Source: an uncultured bacterium
GTDB taxonomy: Bacteria; B130-G9
DNA: 64,000 nt
Assembly: GCA_965372715.1 (NCBI GenBank)
Contig: CBDVDH010000013.1
Coordinates: 1 to 64,000, forward strand
Direction of reading: 5' to 3'
Both the position numbers and the translations under genes were made by a program. Each line of letters starts with the position of its first letter. The stretch's first letter is position 1. This document shows positions 30,941-41,841 of this stretch, in pieces. Under the pieces are notes generated by a model. It saw nothing but the letters and a program-made list of their open reading frames with translations. It had not been told where the DNA came from and did not search any database.

Positions 30941-33151
30941 CTACCTTGAAAGTTCTTTTCGTGCAACTTTTGTGTTGCCGCACGCGTCCTCTACCCGAAT
31001 CGACAAGAAATGCTCCGCACCTTCAAGCACCGGCGTCTTTATCTCGAACTTCTCCACCTTGCTGTCCAGTATTCCGTCTTTGGGCCGCAATACTCTGAAT
31101 TGACCCAGGTCGATAGCGAACGCCCCCGCCGCAATGTTGCTCGTCTCGTCCGTGATCGTGCCGGACACCAAGAACGCGCCGTCCGAAAGTCGCTTGACGC
31201 GATTGAACTTGATGACTGGGGCGGTGTTATCGACCACAAACTCGTCGCTTTCCTCGTCCGAGCACAACTTGTCCGAGGCAGGATTGCTCAGACCATCGCA
31301 GGCCACGACCTTGACGAGATACTCGCCGTCCGAGAGCACGCTCGTGTCAATCACGCTGAAAGTCAGCCGCGTCTCGTCGGTCAGCGGTTGCCAATCGCCG
31401 TCTTTGGGCCTCAAAAACACCGAGTACACAAGGTCGTCGCCGTTAGGATCGCTGGCCTGCCAGGTTACCGCTCTCAACATCTCTGTGTTGTCTATGTCCG
31501 AGAACTTGTCGAGGAGATTGAGGTTCTCATACTTGGCGGCAACCCCGTGCGCCTTGGCAGAGCGGATGACGCTGGATAGGTCCTCGCCCGCCTCGTGAAC
31601 GGCTATCTTGTCAACCTTCGGCGGCAGATTGACCTGGGTGTATGAAATAGCCGCTCTGTCTAAAGCGGGGGATGAGGCGCTTTTGCTCTTCGATAGGACT
31701 GCCTTGTACTGAATGTATCGAGCTTCGGGACTTGGGCACTCGCTGCCGCTTGCATCCTTCAATGGGCCTTCCCAATCGGTCCAGGACTCGTCAACCTCAG
31801 AGACATCTCCCGACCTCGTGAACAGCTGAACCTTCGCGCCACTCGGGACTGTCGCCTCCCAACTGACTTTGCCCCACTTGGCACGGGACGAGGCGTCCTG
31901 AACAGTGGACACGAGCTTGCCCTCCAGTTCCATCTTGGCGGGAAAGAGCTGGAACACGTGTGCTACCTCCGATGTGCCGAGCGCAAACCCGCCACCCGAC
32001 GTCCTGCACGCCGAGATGAACTTGGCATCCTCAACCGCTCGCAATAGGTCCGCGTCGCCGTCCTTGTTCATGCGCACCACGACGCCCTCGTCCTTGCGGT
32101 ATCCGAAGACTAGCAATCGCCCCTCGTGCCAATCCATGCAATAAAGCGAGCCGTTCTCGCTGGTGAATATCCGCTCGGTGCGTCCGTCCGCGTATATCCG
32201 GTAGACGGCGGATTTGCCCCTCGATGGCTTGGGAGGCTTTACCTGGGGTTTTGATTTCGGCACGCTGCTGGTGCGTTTGCTCATCGCTGCACTCATTGCG
32301 GCCTGAAGCGCCTCGGGCATAGAACTCATGTCCGGAGGCTCCGGAGGGCTTGGAGGCCCGGGAACCGGGGCGGCGGCGCCAACGCTGCCCAGCGCAAGAA
32401 CGAAGAGCTCACTGCCGTCGATAAGTATCGACCTGATCTCCGCCCCGCTCGCCTCCAGGTGCGCCTTCGGTTTGCCAGAACCCGAGAACGAATAGACGAC
32501 GCCTGACGAAGTGCCAATCAAAAGCCGTTTTCCGGAAACATCGAACGTGAGCGAGGTGATGTTGGGCGCGCCAAGCTCGAGGATTGCCTCGCCCTTGCCA
32601 GGCCCGGTTATTCTGAAGACCTTGCCATTCGGCCCGGTCCCGGCGTATATCTCGCCCTTGGGACCAGACGCAAGCGCCCAGACATATTTCTCGCCGGTCT
32701 CGAAGAGTTTCGTTGCGATGCCACTTGTGCGGTCAATTCTCAAAACGATGCCAGAAGGCCCGGTCCCGATGTAGAGCCTGTCCCGGGAATCGACGAGAAC
32801 TGAATGTATCTGTTGTTCTCCAGAGTCGTAGAGGACCTTCGGCTCGGCTCCGGGGCTCAATACGTAGAGCTTGCCCTCGTCGCCAGTGCCAGCGTATATG
32901 GCGCCGGACTTGTCGGCGGCGACCGCCCACACTTGCGATTCCTTAAGGTCGGCGGTCCTTTCGAGCTCTACCGAGAGGATTATCTTGCCCTCGTCCGTCA
33001 GCGTAACGCCGTCGAGCTCGCAGCCGTCAAATTGTCCCTTACCCTCCGTTACGAACTCGTCCGAAGAAGTTGCGTGCGCGGGAACAGCTCCAAGCAGAAG
33101 GCAGCACGTCAGGACAACGGAGCCAACGTATCTAGAACTCATCAAAGCCAT
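30941..33151 (-). CDS. secreted beta-propeller protein with C-terminal FN3/Ig-like domains
   Basis: signal peptide; repeated YAGTG..G.VY blades; TRSG...W..W, WQASDPNGD, DNTAP. Confidence 0.8.
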   Translation of the reverse strand: MALMSSRYVGSVVLTCCLLLGAVPAHATSSDEFVTEGKGQFDGCELDGVTLTDEGKIILSVELERTADLKESQVWAVAADKSGAIYAGTGDEGKLYVLSPGAEPKVLYDSGEQQIHSVLVDSRDRLYIGTGPSGIVLRIDRTSGIATKLFETGEKYVWALASGPKGEIYAGTGPNGKVFRITGPGKGEAILELGAPNITSLTFDVSGKRLLIGTSSGVVYSFSGSGKPKAHLEASGAEIRSILIDGSELFVLALGSVGAAAPVPGPPSPPEPPDMSSMPEALQAAMSAAMSKRTSSVPKSKPQVKPPKPSRGKSAVYRIYADGRTERIFTSENGSLYCMDWHEGRLLVFGYRKDEGVVVRMNKDGDADLLRAVEDAKFISACRTSGGGFALGTSEVAHVFQLFPAKMELEGKLVSTVQDASSRAKWGKVSWEATVPSGAKVQLFTRSGDVSEVDESWTDWEGPLKDASGSECPSPEARYIQYKAVLSKSKSASSPALDRAAISYTQVNLPPKVDKIAVHEAGEDLSSVIRSAKAHGVAAKYENLNLLDKFSDIDNTEMLRAVTWQASDPNGDDLVYSVFLRPKDGDWQPLTDETRLTFSVIDTSVLSDGEYLVKVVACDGLSNPASDKLCSDEESDEFVVDNTAPVIKFNRVKRLSDGAFLVSGTITDETSNIAAGAFAIDLGQFRVLRPKDGILDSKVEKFEIKTPVLEGAEHFLSIRVEDACGNTKVARKELSR

Positions 33152-33195
33152 CGTTTTGTCTCCCAGGTTGAAACAAGATGCAGCCGGTTGGCTGT

Positions 33196-35091
33196 TCAGT
33201 ATTTCCTCGGTTTGATCTGTATTGTGAGCTTCTCTTTGCCGCTTAGGTTGAAATCGGTGTCAAATGTCAGTTTTGCTAGGACCTCGAAGTTCGCCTGGTC
33301 CAGAGTCTCACTGGAAGCCGCCGACGACAATATAGCCCTGGCCGAGGCGGGTAGCTCCGGCAGCGGCTCCCGACCGCGCATGGTGAGGCGGCGCCTTCTG
33401 GCAAGAACGACCAGGAGCTCCCGGTGGCTAGGCGCCTCAACCAACATATCGACCACGTCGTCGTAGCTGTTGGCCTTGAATCTCGCCCTTGCCCGGGTGT
33501 GCTCCCACATTTGGTAGGCGTCGGCGCCAAAGACCATCAACTCGGCTTGACCAGGCTCGCAGGACTTCGGGATCGGGACCTCGAACGTCAGCGTCTCTTT
33601 CTTGCCCTCGAAAGGCTGGACGCCGACGTTCAACCGAATGCTCTCTCCCTGACGCACACGCTTCCCATCAACGTCGATGGAGACGATATTCGCTAGGTCC
33701 ACCGATTGGCTAACCTTGAGCCTCATCTCGACGCTATCCACCCGCACATCCTCGAAGCCATTGTCTATTATCGCCGCGAATGATTCTCTCAGGTAACTCC
33801 TGAGGCAGCTCGTCCAACCTCATCCGAATCCATAATCGAAGTTAGAATACGAATCGGTCAGCTCGATAGGTGCTCGATCTTTGACTGCGATCAGGATTTG
33901 CCAGTCAAGCGTCAGCATACCCGAATCATGTTGATAGGTGTAAACGCAGTAGTCGGCAACAAGGGCCAACAGAAGAGGCGTGAAGTATCGATCCCTGATA
34001 GTCTCAAAATGGAATTTGCGCGACTTATCTGAAGCCGCATTGGCAAGCCAAACTTCCGCCGGCAGCAAGTCTGGTTGTGCGCCTATCTTGCCCGCGATGG
34101 CAGAAGACCTATCCTGAGTTATCACACCCAGTGGCTGCGACGCACTGGTCATTTTATAGCTGTAAAAATAGCTTGGGAAACCTGTGTGGACGATGCCGCT
34201 GCACATCGGGTAACTCACGCTGCCCGCGTTATAGGCGGAATGTCCGTAGGCCAGGATCGTGTCGCCGTCGATGTAGGTCAGCGTCCCCATTCCAGACAGA
34301 TTCATGTCGCCGGTGACCAGGACACTGCCCAAAGGGCAGCCCGGGCAGAGCGACTCGGGAGATACCACGACCGGGTCCGGGGAGCTAGAATGAACACCTT
34401 CAAAGCCAAGGTTCCCTAGTAGATCACTAGCGCCGGCCCAGCTCGATACAAAGGAAAGAGGTATGGGGCGAAGCTTAGCGCCGGCGAGCTGGGAAAGCAG
34501 CGGGATGCCAGAAGCCAGGGCTCCCGAAATCTCAATCCCGGTGCTGTCCTGGCCAAAGTTCTTAATAGCATCCATCCGAAGAGGCAGCCGAAACCGGCCT
34601 CTCTCATCCAGGTAGGGCTCAAGACCGGCGGCCTGAGCGGCAAAAAAGCCTCCTGAGCTTCGTTTTGATTCAGACGTGACCGGCGCCTCGAGCACCCTCA
34701 ACATCTCCTCAATTGGTGTGATGCCGCCTATGGGTTCCTTCTCGGCAAATCCGCCATACGATAACGCCCCGATTAGCTTCCCGTTCACGTAACATGGGCT
34801 ACCGCTCATCCCATGAAGTATCCCGAACCTCTTGAACTTGTCGTCTGTGCCGAGGAACAGGATACCGTAACTCTGTGGCCCGGTTCCTTCCACACCCAGT
34901 ATCTCGAATGTGAGTCGCTCGGGTTCAAAGCCCTTCAGCGTCGTGAGGCAATACCCCGTCATGCCGGGCTTGATGTCGGAAACGGGCATGATGTCCACGC
35001 TTGCCGCAAGCGCCGCCGAAGCGAAGATCAGAACGCCCAGGAAAGCGCCAATCAGATTTAGAATCGGTCTGTATCCGCGTGTTGCAGCCAT
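33196..35091 (-). CDS. SpoIVB/peptidase S55-domain protein, 631 aa if the in-frame TGA at 33820-33822 is read through (possible Sec) or a nonsense pseudogene
   Basis: GMSGSP, AYGH motifs; ORFs 33820-35091 and 33196-33747 share a frame and are joined by ...YGFG*GWTSCLRSYLRESFAAIIDNGFEDVRVD with no other stop. Confidence 0.85.
33788..33804 (-). promoter_or_regulatory. candidate bacterial SECIS hairpin
   Basis: CUCAGG-AGUUA-CCUGAG perfect 6-bp stem; loop begins 21 nt after UGA with G at loop position 2 followed by U. Confidence 0.5.
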
Positions 35092-36648
35092 CTACGTTCG
35101 AGCCTCTTTGTTCGTTGGTGTGTTCTGACTAGGCGCCGGGACAGAGCCGTGCTTTGACAAACGCCTCGTGCTTTCGCTGGCACACAGCTTCGCCTGGGCC
35201 TTCGCCTCGTGCTTGACGTCTGACTTCGAGCCAAATATCCAGTGCCAGCCAATCGCGACGCCGCTCTTGAGGAACTTGACGAGCGCGTCCCAACTTTGAA
35301 TCTGTCCTAGATACGAGATGACGGTCTTCGGTCTCATATAGAATCGCCTCAGCGCGTTGCTGTATGCCTTGTCCAGCTCCTCAGCGGTCCATCCATGCGG
35401 GACAAAAACCACCTTGTGCTTGTTCATGTCGTGCCAGTCGCCGATCACCTCGCCATATCGCTCGATGCCCTCGGTGATCGGAGCGCCCGGGAACGGCACA
35501 AACAGGTGCATCTGAAAGTCATCTACGTATTCCTTGAGCGCAAACCGAACAGTCTCCTCCAGTTCGTCCTTGGTCTGCGTCGGCAGACCCGCCATGTAGT
35601 AACCTCTTGTCCTGATCCCGGCTTTGTGGGTCGCGTGAAGCGCCTGCCGCACCTTGTCGAGGTTTGTCCCCTTCTTGACGAAGTCGAGAAGCCTCGTGGA
35701 GGCAGCCTCAAGTCCATAAGAGATCTGCCAGCAGCCCGCTCTCTTGGCGAGCTTCAGCATCTCCTCGTTGACCAAATCGACCCGGGACACGCATGTCCAG
35801 GTTACGTCCATCTTCTCCCGGATCATACCCTCGCATATAGCGTGGAAACGTTCCTTGGAGAACGTCATGTTGTCGTCGTAGAACTTGAGCTCGCGTATCC
35901 CATATTCCCTGATCAGGCGCCGTATCGCCTCCAGAACGTACTCGGCGCTGAAGAACCTGATCTTGCTGCCGAAGACGTTCTTGGAGCAGAAGGTGCATCG
36001 GGCGGGACAGCCTCGCGTCGTGTAAAGCGCCGCGACCGGAAGCCTCCCGAAAGAGTGCGCCGGCGGCGTGTATATCTCAGGGAAGTGCTCTAGAAGGTCC
36101 CACGCCTGAAGCGGGAGATGATCGAGGCTGTCAAGATACTCACGAGGAGGCGTGCGATAAGTGCCGTTCTCGCCGCGCAGAATCAGGCCGTTTACGCTAT
36201 CAAATGCCCGCTCGCAACGGAACGCCTCCATCAACTCGAGTATTGTAACCTCGCCCTCGCCGATCGAGCCTACGTCAAACTCTGGGTAGCGCCGCATCGT
36301 CTCTTCGGGGACCGCGGAGAGGTGCGGGCCTCCGATTGCGACCTTCACGGTGCTGTCCGCCGCCTTGACGCCGGCCGCAAAGTTCGCCGCGTTGCTGATC
36401 GAGAGGGTGACGGCCGTAACGCCAACCACGCTCGGTTTGTGCGATAGGGCCTTCGCTATCGCCTGCTCGTAAGAAAGGCCCTGCGCCTCGGCATCGACGA
36501 TCGCCGTCTCAATACCGGCCTGCCTTGTAACGGCTGCCAGGTTCAGAAGCCCTAGAGGCGCGACATTATTGCTCGTCTGCTGGAGGTAGCAGTATTGCTC
36601 CCAGGACGTAAGGGGTGGATTTACAAGGACCAGTTCAGTCACGCTCAA
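35092..36648 (-). CDS. B12-binding domain radical SAM protein
   Basis: PLGLL, GGPH, IGEGE, TRGCPARCTFC. Confidence 0.92.
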   Translation of the reverse strand: MSVTELVLVNPPLTSWEQYCYLQQTSNNVAPLGLLNLAAVTRQAGIETAIVDAEAQGLSYEQAIAKALSHKPSVVGVTAVTLSISNAANFAAGVKAADSTVKVAIGGPHLSAVPEETMRRYPEFDVGSIGEGEVTILELMEAFRCERAFDSVNGLILRGENGTYRTPPREYLDSLDHLPLQAWDLLEHFPEIYTPPAHSFGRLPVAALYTTRGCPARCTFCSKNVFGSKIRFFSAEYVLEAIRRLIREYGIRELKFYDDNMTFSKERFHAICEGMIREKMDVTWTCVSRVDLVNEEMLKLAKRAGCWQISYGLEAASTRLLDFVKKGTNLDKVRQALHATHKAGIRTRGYYMAGLPTQTKDELEETVRFALKEYVDDFQMHLFVPFPGAPITEGIERYGEVIGDWHDMNKHKVVFVPHGWTAEELDKAYSNALRRFYMRPKTVISYLGQIQSWDALVKFLKSGVAIGWHWIFGSKSDVKHEAKAQAKLCASESTRRLSKHGSVPAPSQNTPTNKEART

Positions 36649-36701
36649 CCTCTAACACTAGCGCCGAAAACACGAATGAATTGCCAACTTGCCGCTCAAG
36701 A

Positions 36702-38249
36702 CTAGTGATAGACCGTTTCCCGACTGGCTTCCTCTTCGTAGGGAGCGTCGGCGACAATCTCGCCGGGACGGGCGTCCAACATGCCTTTATCACGAGCCTG
36801 TTCAATCAGAATGTCCATCCCATTAACATAGGTGAAGTTCTTGAGGGTATCAAACAGCTTGAAGCCGTTCCTGCGGCAGAGGGCTAGGTACCTGAAAAAC
36901 CTGATAATGAAGCGGTGCTTCTGGTACCAGAACTGCGAAAAGACCTTTCTGAGGGTAACGCCCGTGAGAACGCGGGTCTGGAACCAGCCGATCGTCCACG
37001 GGCCTATGTAGGGCGTCGTGATGAACGAGATGCGCGTTATATCGACAACCTCCTTGTCCCATCGATTGCCCATCCTGCCCCCTAGCTCCTTGAGCTTGTC
37101 AACTGCCTTCGTGCCCGGCAGTGGTTTCCACACGTGGAAGACCGTTGTCTCCGCCTTGATCCGGCGCGCGAGCTGCTTGGTTTTTCTCAGGCTCTTGCGC
37201 GTTTCCCCAGGGCCGCCAACGCAGAAATAGGTCGTGAGGGACAGGTCGTATTTGTCGCACAGATCGACTGCGTAATCAATCTGATCGTCCGATAGCTCCT
37301 TCTCATAGACCTTGTTGCGGATGAACTCGTCGCCGCTCTCGATGCCGGTCCTTACCTTCACACAGCCAGTCTCGTGGAGTAACCTCGCTCTCTCCTCGTC
37401 CAACTCATCGATACGCAAGTAGATCGAGTAGGGCAGCCTGCCAACAAGGTCGAGCCGGTCGTATTCCTCCAGGAACTTGCGCATCCACGTGCGGTTGATG
37501 GTAAACACAGGGTCCCACATCCAGGCTATCTTGAAATAAGGCCCCCGCCAGCGGTCCCAAGCCTCGCGCACCTGCCTGGCATAGACCACGGGGTCCAGGA
37601 ACCTCATCCCGATCCCCACTTTCTTCCTAATAACTGTCGCGGAGCAATACGTGCATCCGTGGGGGCAGTTCCGTTGGCCGATGAACGGGAACATCTGGAA
37701 TGTCTCAAGATGCTTGTCGAAATCACACCAGAACTTCCAGTCCGGCGCCGGAAGCTCCGCGAGGTCCTCAATGGCCGGCCTAATGGGGTTTTCCACCACA
37801 GTGTCGCCATCCCTAAACCAGACGCCTTTCAGGCCCTCGAGGCTCATCCCGGACTCGAGCCTATCAAGATACTCCTCGGCAACGTATTCGCCGTCGCCTA
37901 TACATATCGCATCGATGTCAAGCTCGTCGAAAACCTTCCGCTGCGTGATCGTAGCGTGATGTCCGCCGCCGATGACCTTGACCGAGGGATCGACCTTGCG
38001 AGCCTCACAGATGATTTCCTGTGCAGAAAAGCCGTGCGTGCTGAGCAGAGTAACGCCGATCACATCGGGCCTGAAGCGGAACATCTCTCGCCTGAGCCGC
38101 TGCCGCCAGCTGTTGCGGCAAAACGCAAAGTCCAGGATCCTTGCCTGATGGTGGGTGCGCTTCACAAGGAACGTTGCTATTGAGACCAGGCCGATGTTTA
38201 TCGTGAAATACTCGCCGCCTGTCGAAGGAGTTACTAATAGTAAACGCAT
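36702..38249 (-). CDS. B12-binding domain radical SAM protein
   Basis: GGGHHAT, CIGDGE, RNCPHGCTYC, GIESG. Confidence 0.92.
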   Translation of the reverse strand: MRLLLVTPSTGGEYFTINIGLVSIATFLVKRTHHQARILDFAFCRNSWRQRLRREMFRFRPDVIGVTLLSTHGFSAQEIICEARKVDPSVKVIGGGHHATITQRKVFDELDIDAICIGDGEYVAEEYLDRLESGMSLEGLKGVWFRDGDTVVENPIRPAIEDLAELPAPDWKFWCDFDKHLETFQMFPFIGQRNCPHGCTYCSATVIRKKVGIGMRFLDPVVYARQVREAWDRWRGPYFKIAWMWDPVFTINRTWMRKFLEEYDRLDLVGRLPYSIYLRIDELDEERARLLHETGCVKVRTGIESGDEFIRNKVYEKELSDDQIDYAVDLCDKYDLSLTTYFCVGGPGETRKSLRKTKQLARRIKAETTVFHVWKPLPGTKAVDKLKELGGRMGNRWDKEVVDITRISFITTPYIGPWTIGWFQTRVLTGVTLRKVFSQFWYQKHRFIIRFFRYLALCRRNGFKLFDTLKNFTYVNGMDILIEQARDKGMLDARPGEIVADAPYEEEASRETVYH

Positions 38250-38824
38250 CTTCTTCCCACCATACTGCTTTTGAATACTATGGGCCTATTCTGGATCTAC
38301 ATCCTCGACGTAGCCTCTTGAGCGGCCTCACGTCGAATTAGACCCGGCAGCAACCTACCCTTTTCGCCGCTGCATTGTCAAGCAACTTAGCAGGCGCAGT
38401 TTCCCCATTGGGGAAACGGGAGAAGAGGAAAAAGGGAAAAAAGGAGAAGAGGGACTGGTCTGCCCCACTGTAAAGGCTCCAAATCCCACCTCACGAACGC
38501 GGGGCGGCCTGTCGAGCGGGCCTTCTGCCAGACAGACGTATTCCAGATCGCGACGGTCCTGAACATGGTTGTGCAGGAACTCACTCAAGGATTTGAACCT
38601 CGGATTTGGGGAAACCCCTGAGTTAGCAGGTGGAGTCTCCCCGATGCGGAAGCTCCATTGGGAAATGAACCTGCCATCCTCCCGATTGATGCGAGCTTCC
38701 TGATATGTAGGTTGCTCGATCTGATTCTTCGGGTGGCTTTGTAACCTTGCGTTTGGGGTCTCGTGCCTCGTATTATGTCGCTTCATTGTATTGCATGCCC
38801 AATGCGATAAGAGCTAGTGATGAT

Positions 38825-40141
38825 ATGAAAGCGTTCTCAGACCTTTCCAGAAAGCACCGAATGTGGCTCGCTGGAATAGTGGTCGTTGGATTCGCCGCAA
38901 GGGCGGCCTGGATATTCGCCATGCCCTATTTCGCTCCTGTAAATGAGCAGGCGGACCCCTCGGAGTATAACCAGCTGGCGAAGAACCTTGTCTCCGGCAA
39001 CGGGTATTGTCTTTTGGGGATCAAAGGGCATCCTGCGACCCATCTGGCCGAGCGCCTCAAGGCGCCTACAGCAAGAAGGCCACCGCTCTATCCCTTGGTT
39101 CTCGCGGCCGTTTACCGGTTCTTCGGAGAGCGATACAGAGCAGTGTTTCTCTTGCACTGCCTCTTTGATGTTGTTACGACGCTTGCCGTCTTCCTGATGG
39201 CGAGGCGGTTATTCGGACAGGTCAGCGTCGGGCTGGTGGCCGCTGGCTTTGTGGCCTGCTATCCACCATTCTTCCAGCAAAACGTCGTCTTGATGACCGA
39301 GAGCCTCGGGACGGTTCTGATGACTCTCTGCTTTCTTTCACTCTTAGCAGCTCTTGCCAAGCAGCGACTCGGCATGTTCGCCGTGGCTGGGCTTCTGCTC
39401 GGCGCATCGGCATTGGTTCGGCCGGACGCAATCGTCCTGAGTGTGGCCATTCCGCTGGCACTCGTGTTCGTTCTTAGAGCAAATAAGTTGACATGGCGCC
39501 GCGCGGCTTTGCCGCTCGTGGCGATGTTCGTCTGCTTCTGGCTTGTGATGTCGCCCTGGGTGATAAGAAACGCAATTCTCTTTGGGCGGTTCATTCCGGG
39601 CACGACGCTTACCGGGCGCGTGATGCTTACGGGCCTTCACATGTCCACAGTTGATCCCAGATTGGGCGTCGCGCCGCTAATGCCTTCTGAGGTCGTTGAG
39701 AGGGTTAAAGACCTTGACGATGTAGAGAAGAACGAGGTCCTGATGCGAGAGTCGATCAAGTATCTCTTCAGACATCCTCTTGTCTGGCTGAGCGGCGCAC
39801 CCAGGAAGATCAACAAGATGTGGCTCAATGCCAGTGATTGGTCTGCACGCTATTTCCTTTACTATCCTACGACCCGGCGCAATCACAACGTCAACTATAG
39901 CCTGTTGCTGCCCAATCTGTTCTTGCTGATTTTCGCTTTCCTTGCGATACTCCACCACAAGGGTGGCTGGCTCAGAAAAGCTGTCCCGATATTTGTGGCA
40001 ATAATCGTTTTGACGCTTGCGGAGACGTTCCTGGAGGCGGCAGGCCGACATAGTATGAAGCTAATCCCGTCGGTCATGGTCCTTGCGGCACATGGGCTAC
40101 ACAGAACTCTCAGCAGGAGCAGAGTTGGAGGTATATCATGA
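38825..40141 (+). CDS. GT-C fold membrane glycosyltransferase (ArnT/GT39-like)
   Basis: D..EY..LA.NL..G.GY, RPPLYP, MTE, LVRP, PWVIRN; many TM helices. Confidence 0.85.
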   Translation: MKAFSDLSRKHRMWLAGIVVVGFAARAAWIFAMPYFAPVNEQADPSEYNQLAKNLVSGNGYCLLGIKGHPATHLAERLKAPTARRPPLYPLVLAAVYRFFGERYRAVFLLHCLFDVVTTLAVFLMARRLFGQVSVGLVAAGFVACYPPFFQQNVVLMTESLGTVLMTLCFLSLLAALAKQRLGMFAVAGLLLGASALVRPDAIVLSVAIPLALVFVLRANKLTWRRAALPLVAMFVCFWLVMSPWVIRNAILFGRFIPGTTLTGRVMLTGLHMSTVDPRLGVAPLMPSEVVERVKDLDDVEKNEVLMRESIKYLFRHPLVWLSGAPRKINKMWLNASDWSARYFLYYPTTRRNHNVNYSLLLPNLFLLIFAFLAILHHKGGWLRKAVPIFVAIIVLTLAETFLEAAGRHSMKLIPSVMVLAAHGLHRTLSRSRVGGIS

Positions 40142-41289
40142 GTCGTTGGTTGCTTGGGGGCCTGGCCCTTGCCTTGCTGGTCGTTTTGGTTCTCGGCGCG
40201 GAGATAGTCTTACGGCTTGGTCCTTGGGAGATTGAACCTGCCTTGCGGCTGGACTACGAGACTTTCGTCGCTGACAAGGTGGCCCACAAGGGCGCCTTCA
40301 AGTACATATACATGCGGGACAATGACCTCTTCTGGAAGGGGCGGCCGAACACGAAGTGGACCGGCGCCGTTGGGCGTGACATCCCCGTTGAGATGAACTC
40401 TCATGGTTTCCGACAGCGGGAGGTCTCCATGGCCAAGCCTGCCTCCACTTTTCGGATAGCGTGTCTGGGTGATTCCAGGACATTTGGATTGGGAGTTTCT
40501 GAGGAGGAGACCTATCCAAGGCAGCTTGAACGGGTTCTCCGCGCGCGATGCCGGGATGATAATGATATTCAGGTGTTGAATCTGGGGATAATGGGCTATA
40601 CCATGTTTCAAGGCCGGATATCACTCAACATACATGCGCCACAGATGCAGCCGGATGTGGTCACGTTCGCCTTTGGTTTCAATGATATGCTGCCGGCCAA
40701 ACACCCGGATTCGGTTTTTTACGAGAACGGTCACGGTTGGCTAGGAAGGCTTAAGCAGTTCCTGCGCAAGAGCAAGTTATTTGTCATTTATGAGAGGCTA
40801 GTGCTCAGAGTTAAGAGAGAGTTCACCGGAAAGCACGAGCCTCGTATCCTTAGGGGTGAGAAGGAAATGATCGAGGACGTTGGCCTCGTCACGCTCGACG
40901 GCGAAATAGTGATTAGGAATCGCAGGGTGGACAAGGCTGAATACGCGGAGCTGGTGCTCAAGGTAATCGAATTCTGCAAAAGGCGTGGGATTGTACCGCT
41001 CATGATCAGTATCCCGCAGGTATCGGTGAACCCACCATATATAAGAAGACCAACCTACCACCAGCCGATGGTTTCTGTCTGCAAGGAACACCAGGTTGCT
41101 GTGGTTGATCTGTTTCCGGCCTTCGTTGAGTTCATTCAGTCGGGAGAGGAAGAGGAATGGCCAACCCGAGTCAGGATGCTCCTTCATAGCAACTGTCATC
41201 CTTCAGCATACGGGCATTCGTTGATTGCCAAGGGGATAGCCAAACAACTTGAATCACTTGGCGTGCTGCCGTGCGAGGAGAGCGACTGA
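40138..41289 (+). CDS. SGNH/GDSL hydrolase or acyltransferase
   Basis: N-terminal anchor, NSHGFR, LGDSRTFG, FGFND, HPSAYGH. Confidence 0.88.
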   Translation: MSRWLLGGLALALLVVLVLGAEIVLRLGPWEIEPALRLDYETFVADKVAHKGAFKYIYMRDNDLFWKGRPNTKWTGAVGRDIPVEMNSHGFRQREVSMAKPASTFRIACLGDSRTFGLGVSEEETYPRQLERVLRARCRDDNDIQVLNLGIMGYTMFQGRISLNIHAPQMQPDVVTFAFGFNDMLPAKHPDSVFYENGHGWLGRLKQFLRKSKLFVIYERLVLRVKREFTGKHEPRILRGEKEMIEDVGLVTLDGEIVIRNRRVDKAEYAELVLKVIEFCKRRGIVPLMISIPQVSVNPPYIRRPTYHQPMVSVCKEHQVAVVDLFPAFVEFIQSGEEEEWPTRVRMLLHSNCHPSAYGHSLIAKGIAKQLESLGVLPCEESD

Positions 41290-41841
41290 GGGGCGATAGG
41301 CATAGCGCAAGTCGCCCCGGCGCGAATCGAGAGGCCAGCTATGCCCCATTTCACAGAGGCCTTGCCCGAATGATTCAAGGTCATGACTCTCATCGGTGTC
41401 GGGCGGGCTTTCTGAGGCTGGGTCATAAGTCGTTGCGGTTGTGTAGGGGCGTGGTCTCAGACCCGCCCTTTCGAATTGATGGTCGCATAAGATGCCTCGT
41501 ATCCGCAGGAATTCATGTAAGCGGGCGGGTCTGAGACACCGCCCCTACGGGCCGATTCCGACAATCGCGTCGCGAATGAAAACCGCCGCGTTGATCTTGA
41601 CAATCGGCCGTATTTCCTGTATCGTTGTTGTCTGAATGGACAGCGAAATCCTCGTCAATCGACTTATGACCCAGCCTCTTCTAGCCGGCCAAAGACAGGG
41701 TCTCGCGCGACAGAGTGTTTCGCGTGACGGATGCAGCAATCACTACGAAAGGCAGGCTGGAAAGCCCACCCCACATCTCATCGTCTCGCCTCGGGGAAGC
41801 TGTCGAAGGTCGAGGCGGCTCGGTGATCGCCGGCCTGGCGC

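Noticed and set aside
33820-33822. genome-wide UGA reassignment (code 4/25)
   Set aside because: TGA is the real stop of aroQ, hicB, hicA, ftcD and others.
38355-38786. 143-aa ORF between divergent operons
   Set aside because: No recognisable motif and it runs through a low-complexity repeat, so it is unsupported.
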